Below are positions 1 through 12,200 of a stretch of DNA of 64,000 nucleotides, one piece after another. The notes below the pieces were generated by a model that did no database searches, had not been told where the DNA came from, and saw only the letters and a program-made list of their open reading frames with translations. The DNA is taken from positions 16,398,645-16,462,644 of the forward strand of contig OZ316893.1 of assembly GCA_973895155.1 (NCBI GenBank). Direction: 5' to 3'. The DNA is from Marsupella aquatica. Lineage: Eukaryota > Plantae > Marchantiophyta. A program made the position numbers and the translations under genes. The first letter of the stretch is position 1. Each line of letters begins with the position of its first letter.

Positions 1-2448
1 ATCTCGCTTCGATCACATGAAAACTATATCACTCCCTGCAGCACGCCACGATTGGATCAACTTACGAGTTCAAGACTGTGATGCCTAACCAGGAATCACT
101 AGGCCGGTTAAATGGGAAAATGGAAGTATACCCTAGAAACAACTTAGTATAGTTACAAGAATGAGGAAAATATAAACAATTAAGGGTGACTATGGAACCC
201 GGGCCCAGGCCGGAAGTAAGGACGCCGGGGGAGAGAATACGATTAGGGTTAGGGTGCACTAAGTGTCGGCGGCTAGGGGTAACCAACGGTAGGAAATACC
301 ATAGGAGGAGAGGGGTAAGGACAGCTCGCGAGGAATGGTGGCTCATTTGCAAGCACGAACTGGGCAGACGACTACAGGAGGCCAACTACTATCAGCTGCT
401 TAGACAAACACTCTGGGCGGGAGCAGATACCAATGAACGACTCAAGGAGGGTATGAGCAACATCAATCAAGCGACACATTTTTGGGGATGCCTGTTTGAA
501 CGGGCAACAGAGTACATTGGGACTTACGAGGACGAAGAATCGGAGAGAGCAGCTCGAGAATGGCAGGAGCTAGCTCGACTGTGGGAGCTGCAGAAATCTG
601 CCTTCTTAGGAGGAGAATTCATCAAGACCGAGTTCTTGTGGACTCCTACTGCCAATCAGCTTGATGACCTTTTGTTTTGCGAAAACAGGATCGTCGGCAT
701 TCGGGAAGCCATCAACCGCTGCAACGACATACACTGGGAGTTGAAGGGTAGCACGGAGGGGTGGACAAAGGCAACCGTGCTAGGAGAAACATCCACGGCA
801 GCCGAGATGAAGAGGAAAGGAAACAACAATGAAGAGGCCACCCCGGCAAAAAGAACGAGGTCGGTGGCACCAAGGAAGCCAGCAGAGCAGGGAAGCAGGA
901 GGCAAGCGGAAGCCGAAGAGGAGGAGGTTGATCCCATCAATGCCATTCCAACAAAGGATGACACCTGGAAAGGCTGGGCGACGACCCTACCAGAAGAGGT
1001 GCAACTACATTTTGCACGGGAGGAGGATGCATGCTTTACGGCCATGCAGACCAAGAAGTACCAGGGCTTCATGGCCGGATCCGGCTTGGAAGCCTTCGTA
1101 AAATTACCATGACTCAAGCCGGAGGTGCCGGATTCAGACTTATTAGAATTCATGGGAGCCGAGACCAATTCCACAAGGGTGTATGGGAAGGATTTCTATC
1201 TCACTCCTCGGGTGATTGCCGAAGTGTTTGGCTTGCCGATGGGCAATAAGACCAAGGTAGAGACCAGGAAGACCTTGCCAGACAAGGAGTTCCGGTTGTT
1301 TCCAGGGCCATCAACGAAGAATGGCTTCTTTCGGAACACCTGCACCAACCCGCACATCGGAGAGATGATCGATTTCTTGCGGGTGACCATGCATTGCAAC
1401 TTGCCAAGGGCAGAGATCGGCAAGGCACAAGTCTACCTGGCAGAGAGGCCAGACCCAAGCCGGGACTACAACGGGTACCTCCTCAACCAACTAAAGAAGA
1501 TCTTGAAGGAGGAACAGCTGGTGATCGGCATGGGAAGCGTGTCCTGTGGTGCGTCCCATGGCTCTCTAAACCCCAGAAACCCCCCTTCTCAAGCCGATTC
1601 CCGCAGGTTTCGCGCTTGGCGAGGCCGTTTTCGCGGCTTAGTGGCATGGGACGCTGCTAACCTCCTTCTACTACTACTATTAACATTTTACACACATATA
1701 CTGGACAGATCCTTCATCGGGTCATGAGATACGTAGCCGGCCTAATCTAGGCCTTCCCTTGTCTTCCCCTCCTTCTTGTTAGGTATATTTGGATTCCGCC
1801 GCTGAAATGATCCCCAATAGGCTTGGTTAAGCCGCTAAGACCTCTCTCAGCTCGACACATCCAACTCTCACTCCCTTGCTTACTTTCCTTCATCTATTAG
1901 TTGATGTGGGCACTCTTCACACAAGTTAATGCGACACACAAATAGCAAAATGACTCCTTCTGACTGAGTCATACCATGCACTTGCCATACAAACAGTACA
2001 TCTCATACACAAGCTCTGCGAACTAAGCCGTGAGGCCAACTCTATTCAGCTCTTAGGCATGAGGAAACATGAATATACACAAGGGTCACTGTATGACTAA
2101 CCGAGAGCTTCTCTTACTACTTGATCCCAGCCCGGCTGGTGCAACTAAAAACTTGCTAAAGAAGAGGCCCTGAGCTCCCCGCTGCCTAGGGACTTATCCT
2201 GGTAGTGGATCTGCCTAATTCTTTGCAGCGTAAGCCTAATCTACCTAACTGAATCTACCTAAGTACAGCGAGGCAGGAGTACAAGTGTTGCTCTTACCAG
2301 TGGAACCGCAATCCCACTAAGCTAAGTGTTAGGGCCGCCTCCTGATCCTGATCCTAATCCTAACCTTAGAGATCTGAGCCCGCCCTGCCCACTCACGCCT
2401 CCTCCCTCCACGTCCGCCCTCCTTGAAAGGAGCGGCCCTCCACCACCA

Positions 2449-5400
2449 TCATGGCAGCGGTGTCTGTTCCTCAGTGGACGCCCCCAACGCTTCCTCCTCA
2501 GCCACTGCCGTAGGTTCGTTCTCTGACAGATTACCTGCCCTTGATTGAGTCAACTCTCCATCGGCCTGACTGGGTCCACCCCCGGCATTGGCATCGGCAT
2601 CGGCATTGGCATCGGCATTGGCTTCAACATCAGCCTCGGCTATGGCCTCAGCCTCGGCTATGGCCTCAGCCTCGGCTATGGCCTCAGCCTCGGCTATGGC
2701 CTCAGCCTCGGCTACGGCCTCAGCCTCGGCTATGGCCTCCCCTGCACACTCAAGTGGCGGATTGGGTACCTCGGCTTCATTACCGAGTATCCTGGCCTCG
2801 GCTTTATCATCCCCTTCTTCTAGGGTAGTTGGATCCTCCACCGTAACCCTGCCTGAGGTCGGTGCTGGGTTTACATCCTTGGTCACCACGGCCTGTGGAG
2901 CCGTATTACTCCTTGACCCTGACGGTTTCCGCTTCTTCTTCTTTTCTGGTTCGGCAGCTGGCCCCTTCCCCTTCCCACTTACTTTCGGCACTGGTGCAAA
3001 TGGCACGGCTTGTCCTTCGGCCAGTACCACTCCTGGTAACTTAGTGGCCTCAATTTGAGTTGGCCCTGATGAAGCCAAGCACTTAAATACTGTAGCTTGT
3101 TTCTTCAGCCGCTCCGTTTGGTTGTCGGCTCGTCGTTGTAAGTTCTCTAGCTTCCGCGTGCTTTCCTCCAACTCTTCCTGCACTTCGTCCAGGTCCTTGT
3201 GGGCCTCCTCCAGCTCCTTCTGGGCTTCCTCCAATTCCTTTTTAAACGCAGCTCTCTCCTCTCGGGTCGCTCTTAACTCCTTGTCGAGCTCTGCAATGAT
3301 GACAGACTCCATCTGGTTCATCTTGGCGTAAGTCTGATCGAGCATATTGTCCTTCTCACGCAGGTCGGCCTTGAAGCTGGCCGTCAGGGACGCAAGCTCC
3401 TGCTGCAGCGCAATGATCCCTTGATAGGATTTCCCTAACTCGGCCTCCTTCTGCTCAAGGGCTCTGCGGATAACCTCGAGCTCCCCCTTCAATGCCCTTT
3501 CCCTTCTCTGGGTCTCCGCCATGGCCCGGTTGTTGGTTGTTATGTGGGCCTCTTCTGCATCCCTCAGCTCTCGCTTCCACTTCTCCCGCTCCTTGATCGC
3601 ATCGGCCAACTCTCCTTGGGTTCGAGTCAGTTTATTCTCGATAATCCGATTATCAGACTGTGCGATATCCAATTGATCCTGCATGATATTTAGCTCATGC
3701 CGCTTAATCCGCAGCTCATCTTGGGCTTTCTTGGCCGCCCTCAGGTCTTTGATTTCGGCTTCCCTTGCCCTAAGCCGACGGATGACCTCGTCCTTCTTGC
3801 TTCTTTCCAAAGCCACCGCTTCTTCTAATTGGCGCTTCTCCAACATCTCCCTCTAAAAAAAGGGTCCTTGCTCCAACTCCTCCCCAAAGATGCTGAGCGC
3901 CAGCTCTCCACACATTTCCCCGTACTCCATGGCTCTATTTTTAGCATAGGTGGAGGAAGTAGAAGTCATCGGCATCATCCACCGCGGCTTGTGTTCCCAA
4001 GCCGCCTTGCGGATCTCTTCTATTGTGGCTGGAGGGATGCTTCGTTTTTTTGCAAGCTGCCTGATGTCCTCTGGCCATTCTCCTCCTGGTAAATCCTTTT
4101 CTCTAGCCAGGGCTGCCTCCTCTTCCTCCCTGATTCGCTCCTGAAATTCCTGTGCCGTCTGTTTTATGCCGTCAAAGCTCGGGGGAGCGACATCTGGTGG
4201 GGGAGACTCGGGGCTGCTCTGCTGGCTCGGGTCTCCTCGAAATACTCTTGGGAGCGTGGGGATGAACCGGCCACAGGTCCTTACTCCTGGAACATGATGA
4301 TCCGACCCGTAGCCGGAGTCATCATTGCTGTAGTCCTCTACCGCCTCCTCCTCGGCTTGGACTACCGGCTTCTCCCGCTGTTCTCCTGGTTTTGTCGTGA
4401 ACACGGCTTCACCTCTCACCGGTCTTGGTTCCTCCTCCGGCTTCCGTGTTGATCTCTTGTTCTCCTTGTCGCGGCCGGGAGCTACGGCCTCCTTCTCCTC
4501 GGCTTCGGGACTTGAGACTCCTACATACATCCGGACTCCCGGCTCGTGTTCCGGCCTCCTTCTCTCCTTGACCCCAGTAAAGGGGTTTTCCCTTGTAAGC
4601 CGGCTTAGGCCTACCTCAGGAGCAGTGTCCTGCATTGTTGCCGTTGCCGTTCTCTTTTCCTTCTCCAGCAATTTCAGTAGATTCTGCATGTCTGGTTGCT
4701 GCATCGGCAAGTCCTCCGTCCTTGGCCTAAACACCTGCTCGATTGTAGGACTGTTGGGCGGGTTGGGTTTCTCCGTTGCCGGCCTCTGTTCCGGAACCTC
4801 CTCTGGTGCCCTTGCCTATAGGGGAAGTACCGGGGCAAAGGTCTTACTTCGGGCATACCGGCATAGTAGCGGTACGTGATAGCCAAGCCGGGACACGCTT
4901 CCCTTGCCGATCACCAGCTGTTCCTCCTTCAAGATCTTCTTTAGTTGAGTGAGGAGGTAACCATTGTAGTCCCGGCTTGGGTCTGGCCTCTCTGCCAGAT
5001 AGACCTGTGCCTTGCCGATCTCTGGTCTCGGCCAGTTGCAATGCATGGTCACCCGCAAGAAATCGATCATCTCTCCTATATGCGGGTTGGTGCAGGTGTT
5101 TCGGAAGAAGCCATTCTTTGTTGAAGGCCCGGGAAACAACCGGAACTCCTTGTCTGGCAAAGTCTTCCTGGTATCTACCTTGGTCTTATTGCCCTTCGGC
5201 AAGCCAAACACTTCGGCAATCACCTGGGGAGTGAGATAGAAATCCTTCCCATACACCCTTGTGGAATTGGTCTCGGACTCCCATGATCCCACGAATTCTA
5301 GTAAGTCTGAATCCGGCACCTCCGGCTTTAGCCACGGTAACTTTACGAAGGCTTCCAAGCCGGATCCGGCCATGAAGCCCTGGTATTTCTGAGTCTGCAT

Positions 5401-6252
5401 AGCCGTAAAGCATGCATCCTCCTCCCGTGCAAAGTATAATTGCACTTCCTCGGGGAGAATCGCTGCCCAGCCTTTCCAGGTGTCATCTCTTGTTGGAATG
5501 GCATTGATGGGGTCGACCTCCTCCTCCTTGGCTTCTCTCTGCCTCCTGCTCTGCTGTTCTGCTGGCTTTTTTGGTGCCGCCGATCTCGTTCTTTTTGCCG
5601 GGGTGGCCTCTTTGTTGTTGTTCCCCTTCCTCTTCATCTCGGCTGCCGTGGATGTCTCTCCTAGCACGGTTGCCTTTGTCCACCCCTCCGTGCTACCCTT
5701 CAACTCCCAGTGTATGTCATTGCAGTGTTTGATGGCTTCGCAGATGCCGACGACTCTGTCTTCGCAAAACAGCAGGTCGTCTAGCTCGTTGCCAGTAGGC
5801 GTCCACAGGAATTCAGCCTTGATGAGTTCTCCTCCTAAGAAGGCAGCTTTCTGCAGCTCCCACAATCGGGCGAGCTCCTGCCATTCTCGAGCTGCTCTCT
5901 CCGATTCTTCGTCCTCGTAAGTCCCAATGTACTCAGTTGCCCGTTCGAACAGGCATCCCCAAAAATGTGCCGCTTGATTGACATTGCTCATACCCTTCTC
6001 GAGTTGATAGTCGGTATTTGTTCCCACCCTGAGCGCTTGCCTAAGCAGTTGACAGTAGTTGGCCGCCCGTAGTCGCCTGCCCAGTTCGTGCTTACAAATG
6101 AGCCACTATTCCTCGCGAGCGGTCCTTACCCCTCTCCTCCTCTGGTTCTCCCTCCCGTTGGTTACCCCTAGCTGCCGGCACTTAGCGTGCCCTAACCCTA
6201 ATCGTGTTCTCTCCCCTGGCGTCCTTACTTCCGGCCTCGGCTCGGGTTCCAT
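2449..6252 (-). pseudogene. LTR-borne ORF of copy 2: 1,267-aa single reading frame with only three in-frame TAG stops; unknown transposon accessory protein (globular domain + coiled coil)
   Basis: From ATG 6252 to stop 2449 the frame never shifts. The TAGs at 6106-6108, 4816-4818 and 3853-3855 correspond to TGG or CAG in other copies. Confidence 0.88.
2584..2740. repeat. Coding tandem repeats: GGCATTGGCATC-like units, then an 18-bp unit CAGCCTCGGCTATGGCCT x~6 (AEAEAI peptide repeat)
   Basis: Directly visible. The repeat is much shorter or absent in the other X copies. Confidence 0.9.
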
Positions 6253-9200
6253 AGTCACCCTTAATTGTTTATATTTTCCTTATTTATGTAACTATACTAA
6301 GGTGTTTCTAGGGTACACTTCCCTTTTCTCCTTAAACTAGCCCAGTGATTCCTGGCTAGGCATCACATGTCCCAGCTTGGTTATCACATGCCGTTGTTAT
6401 GCCGGTATGCCCAAAGCCAGATATTTGCCCCGGTACTGCCCCTGCAAGCAAGGGCACCAGAGGAAGTTCCAGAACTGAGGTCGGCAACAGAGAAATCAAA
6501 CCAGCCCGACAGTCCTACAATCGAGCAAGTGTTTAGGCCGAGGAAGGAGGACTTGCCGATGCAGCAACCAGGCATGTAGAATCTGCTGAAATTGCTTGAG
6601 AAGGAAAGAAGAACGGCAACGGCAACGGGGCCAGCACAAAATACTGCTTTCGAAGTTGGCCTTAGCCAACTTACCAGGGAAAACCCCTTTACCGGGGCCA
6701 AGGAGAGAAGGAGGCCGGAACACGAGCCGAGAGTCCGAATGTATGTAGGAGCTTCAAGTCCCGAAGCCGAGGAGAAGCAGCCCGAGGCCCCTGGTCACGA
6801 CAGGGAGAAGATGAGATCAACGTGGAAGCCGGAGGATCCAAAACCCGTGATCTGTGGGGTTGTGTTCATGGCAGGACCAAGAGAACAGAGGGGGAAACCG
6901 GGAGTCCAAGCAGTGGAGGAGGCGATGGAGGACTACAGCAATGATAACTCCGGCTATGGGTCGGATCATCATGTTCCAGGAATAAGGACCTGTGGCAGGT
7001 TCATCCCCACTCTTCCAAGAGTAATTTGAGGGGACCCCACCCAACAGAGCAGCCCCGAGTCCCCCCCCCACCAGATGTCGCTCCCCCGAGTTTTGACGGC
7101 ATAAGACAGACGGCACAGGAGTTTCAGGAACGACTCAGAGAGGAAGAGAAGGCAGCCCTGGCTAGGGAGAACGATTTACCAGGAGGAGATTGGCCAGAGG
7201 ACATCAGGCGGCTTGCCGAAAAAAGAAGCAACCCTCTTGCCACCATAGAAGAAATCCGCAAGGCGGCTTGGGAACAGAGGCCGAGGTGGTTGATGTCGAT
7301 GACTTCTTCTTACTCCACCTATGCTAAAGATAGAGCCATGGACTACGGAGAGATGTGTGGGGAACTTGTGCTCAGCATCTTTGAGGAGGAGTTGGAGCAG
7401 GGACCCTTTTTCTAGAGGGAGATATTGGAGAAGCACCAATTAGAAGAAGCGGTGGCTTTGGAGAGAAGCAAGAAAGACGAGGTCATCCGACGGCTTAGGG
7501 AGAGGGAAGCCAAGGTAAAAGACCTAAAGGCGTCCAAGAAAGCCCAAGATGAGCTACGGATTAAACGGCATGAGCTAAACATCATGCAGGGGCAGTTGGA
7601 TACCGCGCAGTCTGATAATCAGATTATCAAGGATAAATTGACTCAGAGCCAAGGAGAGTTGGCCGAGGCGGTCAAAGATAGGGAGAAGTGGAAGCGAGAG
7701 CTGAGAGAGGAGGCCCACATAGCAGCCAATAACCGTGCCATGGCAGAGACTCAGAGAAGGGAGAGGGCGTTGAAAGGGGAACTCGAGGATATCCGCGGAG
7801 CCCTTGAGCAGAAGGAGGCCGAGTTAGGGAAATCCTATCAGGCGATTATCGTGCTGCGGCAGGAGCTCGCATCCATGACGGCCAGCTTCAAGGCCGACCT
7901 CCGCGAGAAAGACAACCAGCTCGACCAGACTTATCCCAAGATGAATAAAATGGAGTCTGAGGTCATGGCGGAGCTCGACAAGGAGCTGAGAGCAACCTAG
8001 GAGGAGAGGGCTACCTTAAAGAAAGAGTTGGAGGAAGCCCAGGAGGAGCTGAAGGAGGCAAGGAAGGACTTGGATGAATTGCAGGAGAAGTTGGAGGAAA
8101 GCACGCGGAAGATGGAGAACTTACAGCGGCGGGCCGACAACCAAATGGAGCGGCTGAAGAAACAGGCCGCAGTATTTAAGTGTTTGGCTTTCTCAGGACC
8201 AACTCCAATTTGGGCAACCAAGTTACCTGGTGTAGTACTGGGCGAAGGAGAAGCTGAGACACTCGCACCGGTGCCGGAGGTAAGTGGCAAGGGGAAGGGG
8301 CCAGCTGCCAAACCAAAGAAGAAGAAGAAGCGGAAACCTTCTGGGTCAGGGAGTACTACGGCTCCTCGAGCCGTCGTGACCAAGGAGGTAAACCCAACAC
8401 CAACCTCCGGCATGGTCACGACAATGGATCCACCTGTCAAGGAAGGTGGGGATGGCAAGGCCGAGGCCGGGACAACTATTGATGAAGCCGTGGTAGCAAA
8501 CCCACCACTAGAGCCAACCGAGGAAACCATAGCCAGGGAAGCCGTGGCCGAGACTGATGCTGAAGCTGAAGGTGGACCCAATCAGGCCGATGAAGAGTTG
8601 ACTCGGTCCGGGGCAGGTAATCTGTCAGAGGAAGGACCGACGGCAGTGGCTGCGGGGGAAGCGTTGGGGGCGTCCATTGAGGATCCACCACCGGTGTCGT
8701 GACGATGCAAGGGCGCCATTCCTTTTAGGAAGGGTGGACGTGGAGGTAGGAGGCGTGAGTGGGCAGGGCGGGCTCGGATCTCCAAGTTTAGGCTGAGGAT
8801 CAGGACCAGGAGACAGCCCTGACACTTAGATTAGTGGGATTGTGGATCCACTGGTAGGAGCAACACTTGTACTCCTGCCTCGCTGTACATAGGTAGATTG
8901 CAGTTAGGTAGATTACAGGTAGGATAGATTAAGCTTATGCTGCTAAGAATTGGCGGATCCACTACCAGGATAAGTACCTGGGCAACTGGGAGTCCAAGGC
9001 CTCTTCTTTAGCAAGTTTTTAGTTGCACTAGCAGGGCTAGGATCAAGTAGTAAGAGAAGCTCTCGGTTAGTTATACAGTGACCCTTGTGTATTTTCATGT
9101 TTCCTCATGCCTAAGAGCTTAATAGAGATGGCCTCACAACTTAGTTCGCAGAACTTGTGTATGAGATGTACTGTTTGTATGGCAAGTGCATGGTATAACT

Positions 9201-12200
9201 CAGTCAGAAGGAGTCATTTTGCTATTTGTGTGTCGCATTAACTTGTGTGAAGAGTGCCCACATCAACTAATAGATGAAGGGAAGTAAGCAAGGGAGTGAG
9301 AGTTGGATGTGTCGAGCTGAGAGAGGTCTTAGCGGCTTAACCAAGCCAATTGGGGATCATTCCGGCGGCGAAATCCAAATATACCTAAAGAAAAGGAGGG
9401 GAATACAAGGGAAGGCCTAGATTAGGCCGGCTACGTATCTCATGACCCGATGAAGGATCTGTCCAGTATATGTGTGTAAAATGTTAATAGTAGTAGTAGA
9501 AGGAAGTTAGCAGCGTCCCATGCCGCTAAGCCGCGGAAACGGCCTCGCCGAGGACGAAACCTGCGAGTATCGGCCTGCATAGGGGGGTTTCTTGGGTTTG
9601 GGGATCCATGGGACGCACCACAAAGACCATGCTACAATTGCCAACTACAACAGTGAGTTATTTCGTATCACCTCACAGCTAGCAGTGTGCGATCACCCTG
9701 TAACAGACGAAGAACAAATCAAGAAGACGCTATCGACATTTCATGCTACAAACCTGGTACTCTCGGCACAATACCGTAACATGAACTTTACCAGATATTC
9801 TGAACTAATCGCTTACATGCTATTAGCAGAAAAGCACCAGATCTTGCTCCTTGAAAACGCCAAAACTTGACCACCCGGCAGTGCTGCACCACCAACCAAG
9901 ACCGAGACCCACTTCAACAGAGGAGAAGGCAGCACTAGAGGCAGAGGCATAAGTTTCTATGGCGGCAGAGGACGTTCGATAGGAAGAGGACGAGGCCGCT
10001 TCGACCGGGACATGGGCAGGAGCAACGACTGGCAAACATCACCGGGACGAACCTGGAACCGGAGAGGCAACAGAGGACAAGGCCGCAGCTTCGTTCGTGG
10101 CAGAGGTCGAGGCTACCTCACCTACAACAGAGATAAGTCTGACACTCCCACCTGTTTTAGATGTGGAACTAAAGGTCACACACAAAAAGATTGTCGTGCC
10201 CCTGCCCACTTAGTGAAGCTATATCAAGATAATTTGCATCAACTAGGCCTCGGACGTCACAGAAATTTCCTAGAGGCACCCAATGAAATTGACCAGTATG
10301 TAGTCTCTTCACCTTTACCTGAGGTTCATACTGTTAGTTTACAAAGCGACCTCCCTGCCGATCCTGCTCCCACACATTGTATTGTGGACAGCGGAACATC
10401 CCACTCGATACTACGCCACAAGAAATACTTCACCAAGATCATTCGATCCAATCGCCCTGTCACAACCATCACTGGACAGAATCACATTGAAGAAGGCAAT
10501 GGCCCAGCCATAGTCCAATTTCCTGGAGGAACAACCATCCGCATTCGATCAGCCATATACGCCCCTACAGCCACCCACAACTTGATAAGTTTTTGTGATA
10601 TACGGGACAACAACCTACACATCCATACCAGCAAACAAGATCGACAGGAGGTACTGCACATTTTGGCCAAAACTAATACATGACTCATAATCAAAGAGAC
10701 CCTGTTAAACCATCCTCCTGGCCTCTATATCACTCACATATATTCATATCACACAGAAAAGGCAACCAGAACACTCACAGACCAATGGCATCTCTGCCTT
10801 GGTCATCCGGGCACCACCATGTACCACAGAATCATTCAGGACATAGTCGGCATCCCACTTGGCGTACACCCGTCCCAAAGTAAACAAATCTGCACAGCAT
10901 GTTCCCAGGGTAAACTTGTCATCCGCCCCTCCATTGACAAAACCATATATTCTATACCCCAATTCCTTGAACGCCTACATGCCGATGTGTGCGGCCCTAT
11001 AGACCCCCCATCAGGCCCCTTATGATACTTCCTAGTACTCATTGATGCTTCCTCCAAATGGTCCCAAGTCTCCTTGCTATCAACTAGAAACCTTGTATTT
11101 TCTCGGATACTGTCCAACATACTGAAACTAAGATCACAATTTCCAGACCATCCAATCCGCACCCTGCGAGTCGATAATGCCGGTGAATTCACATCCCGAA
11201 CATTTGACACATACTGCGAAACTGCAGGGATCGATGTTCAGTATCCTGTCCCCCATGTACACTTCCAAAATGGAATAGCTGAGTCCTTAATCAAGCGACT
11301 GTAGATGATAGCCAGACCTTTACTGCTACAGACCAATTTACCTATATCAGCATGGGGTCATGCCATCAGACATGCCTCCTCCCTCATCAGATACAGACCA
11401 TCTGCCTATAACAAGTACACCCCACACCATTTATTGTTTGGGATCCCACCTGATGTCTCTCACCTTCGCATCTTCGGCTGCTTGGTACTGGTCCCCATTT
11501 TGGGACCCAAACGCACCAAGATGGGCCCACAGAGACAACAAGGGATATATGTAGGATTTGACTCACCATTGATTATTCGGTACTTAGAACCATCTACAGC
11601 AGATCTATTCAAGGCACGGTTCCTTGATTGTGATTTTATTGAAGATGATTTCCCCAAATTAATGGAGAACCAGACATCAAGTCCCCTTGTCCATACTCCG
11701 GAATTACAATGGCAGTTAAAACCCCCCTTCCAGCATGACCCACGGACAGTCCAAACCGAAGCAGAAGTACAGAAAATCCTCCACCTTCAACAAATGTTAG
11801 AGAAACTCCCAGACGCCTTTAATGATGCAGCAAATGTCACTCAGTCCTTAACACCAGCTGCCAATGCACCAGCACGAATCCAACCCACTCGACTAGCTAC
11901 CGAAGCCCCCCCTAAGGCAAAAAGGGGCAGACCACTAGGCTCAAAAGATAGCCAACCCAGGCAACGCCGGACCACAGCTGTTGTACCTACAGCCCTAAGA
12001 CCCACACCTGCACCCCCTGGACCTCAACCAACTTTAGTTAACGACAATGATGAAATAGCCATCCAATATATGCATTCAGGCAAAGTCTGGAAACGAGAAA
12101 CCACTACCATAGATGATGCATTTGCATATATGATATCAGAAGAGATAACCAATGATACTCCAGATCCATTGACAGTAACAGAATGTCAATCTCGTCCAGA

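Larger units (their letters stand above)
1545..6367 (-). mobile_element. Family X giant solo LTR copy 2 (4,823 bp), inserted antisense into copy 1
   Basis: On the plus strand it begins TGTGGTGC at 1545 and ends GCATCACA at 6367. TSD TGTCC at 1540-1544 and 6368-6372. Confidence 0.95.
192..8702 (+). pseudogene. LTR-borne ORF of copy 1 (192-1544 + 6373-8702), several stops/frameshifts
   Basis: ORF-track pieces 186-1112, 1125-, 6367-, 6592-, 7026-, 7425- and 8028-8702 are collinear with the ORF of the other X copies. Confidence 0.85.
77..9622 (+). mobile_element. Family X giant solo LTR copy 1 (~4,718 bp net), containing nested copy 2
   Basis: Starts TGTGATGC at 77 and ends GCACCACA at 9622. 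TSD AAGAC at 72-76 and 9623-9627. Same sequence as the LTR that precedes the PBS at 42597. Confidence 0.95.

Noticed and set aside
243-254. TTAGGGTTAGGG telomere-like repeat in each X copy
   Set aside because: Only two units, encoding LGLG within the ORF. Not a telomeric array.
2541-3058. Opposite-strand ORFs with GYGLSL, PRLWPQ or ASASAM repeats, and other short antisense ORFs across X copies
   Set aside because: These are shadow frames of the repeat-containing LTR-ORF. Their recurrence only reflects the repeated DNA.
2449-3846. Coiled-coil ORFs as host myosin/SMC/tropomyosin genes
   Set aside because: They are intronless segments of the repeated LTR-ORF and lack motor or ATPase motifs.
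4290-4330. DSGYGS as a beta-TrCP-type phosphodegron
   Set aside because: It is a short motif and is not conserved in the older subfamily (DLGYGS). There is no supporting evidence in a plant context.
77-9622. Interpreting the 4.7-kb X unit as a DNA transposon with 8-bp TIRs (TGTGRTGC)
   Set aside because: The 5-bp TSDs, the PBS after the copy ending at 42592 and the PPT before the copy starting at 59269 identify it as an LTR. I recognise no transposase motif in its ORF.
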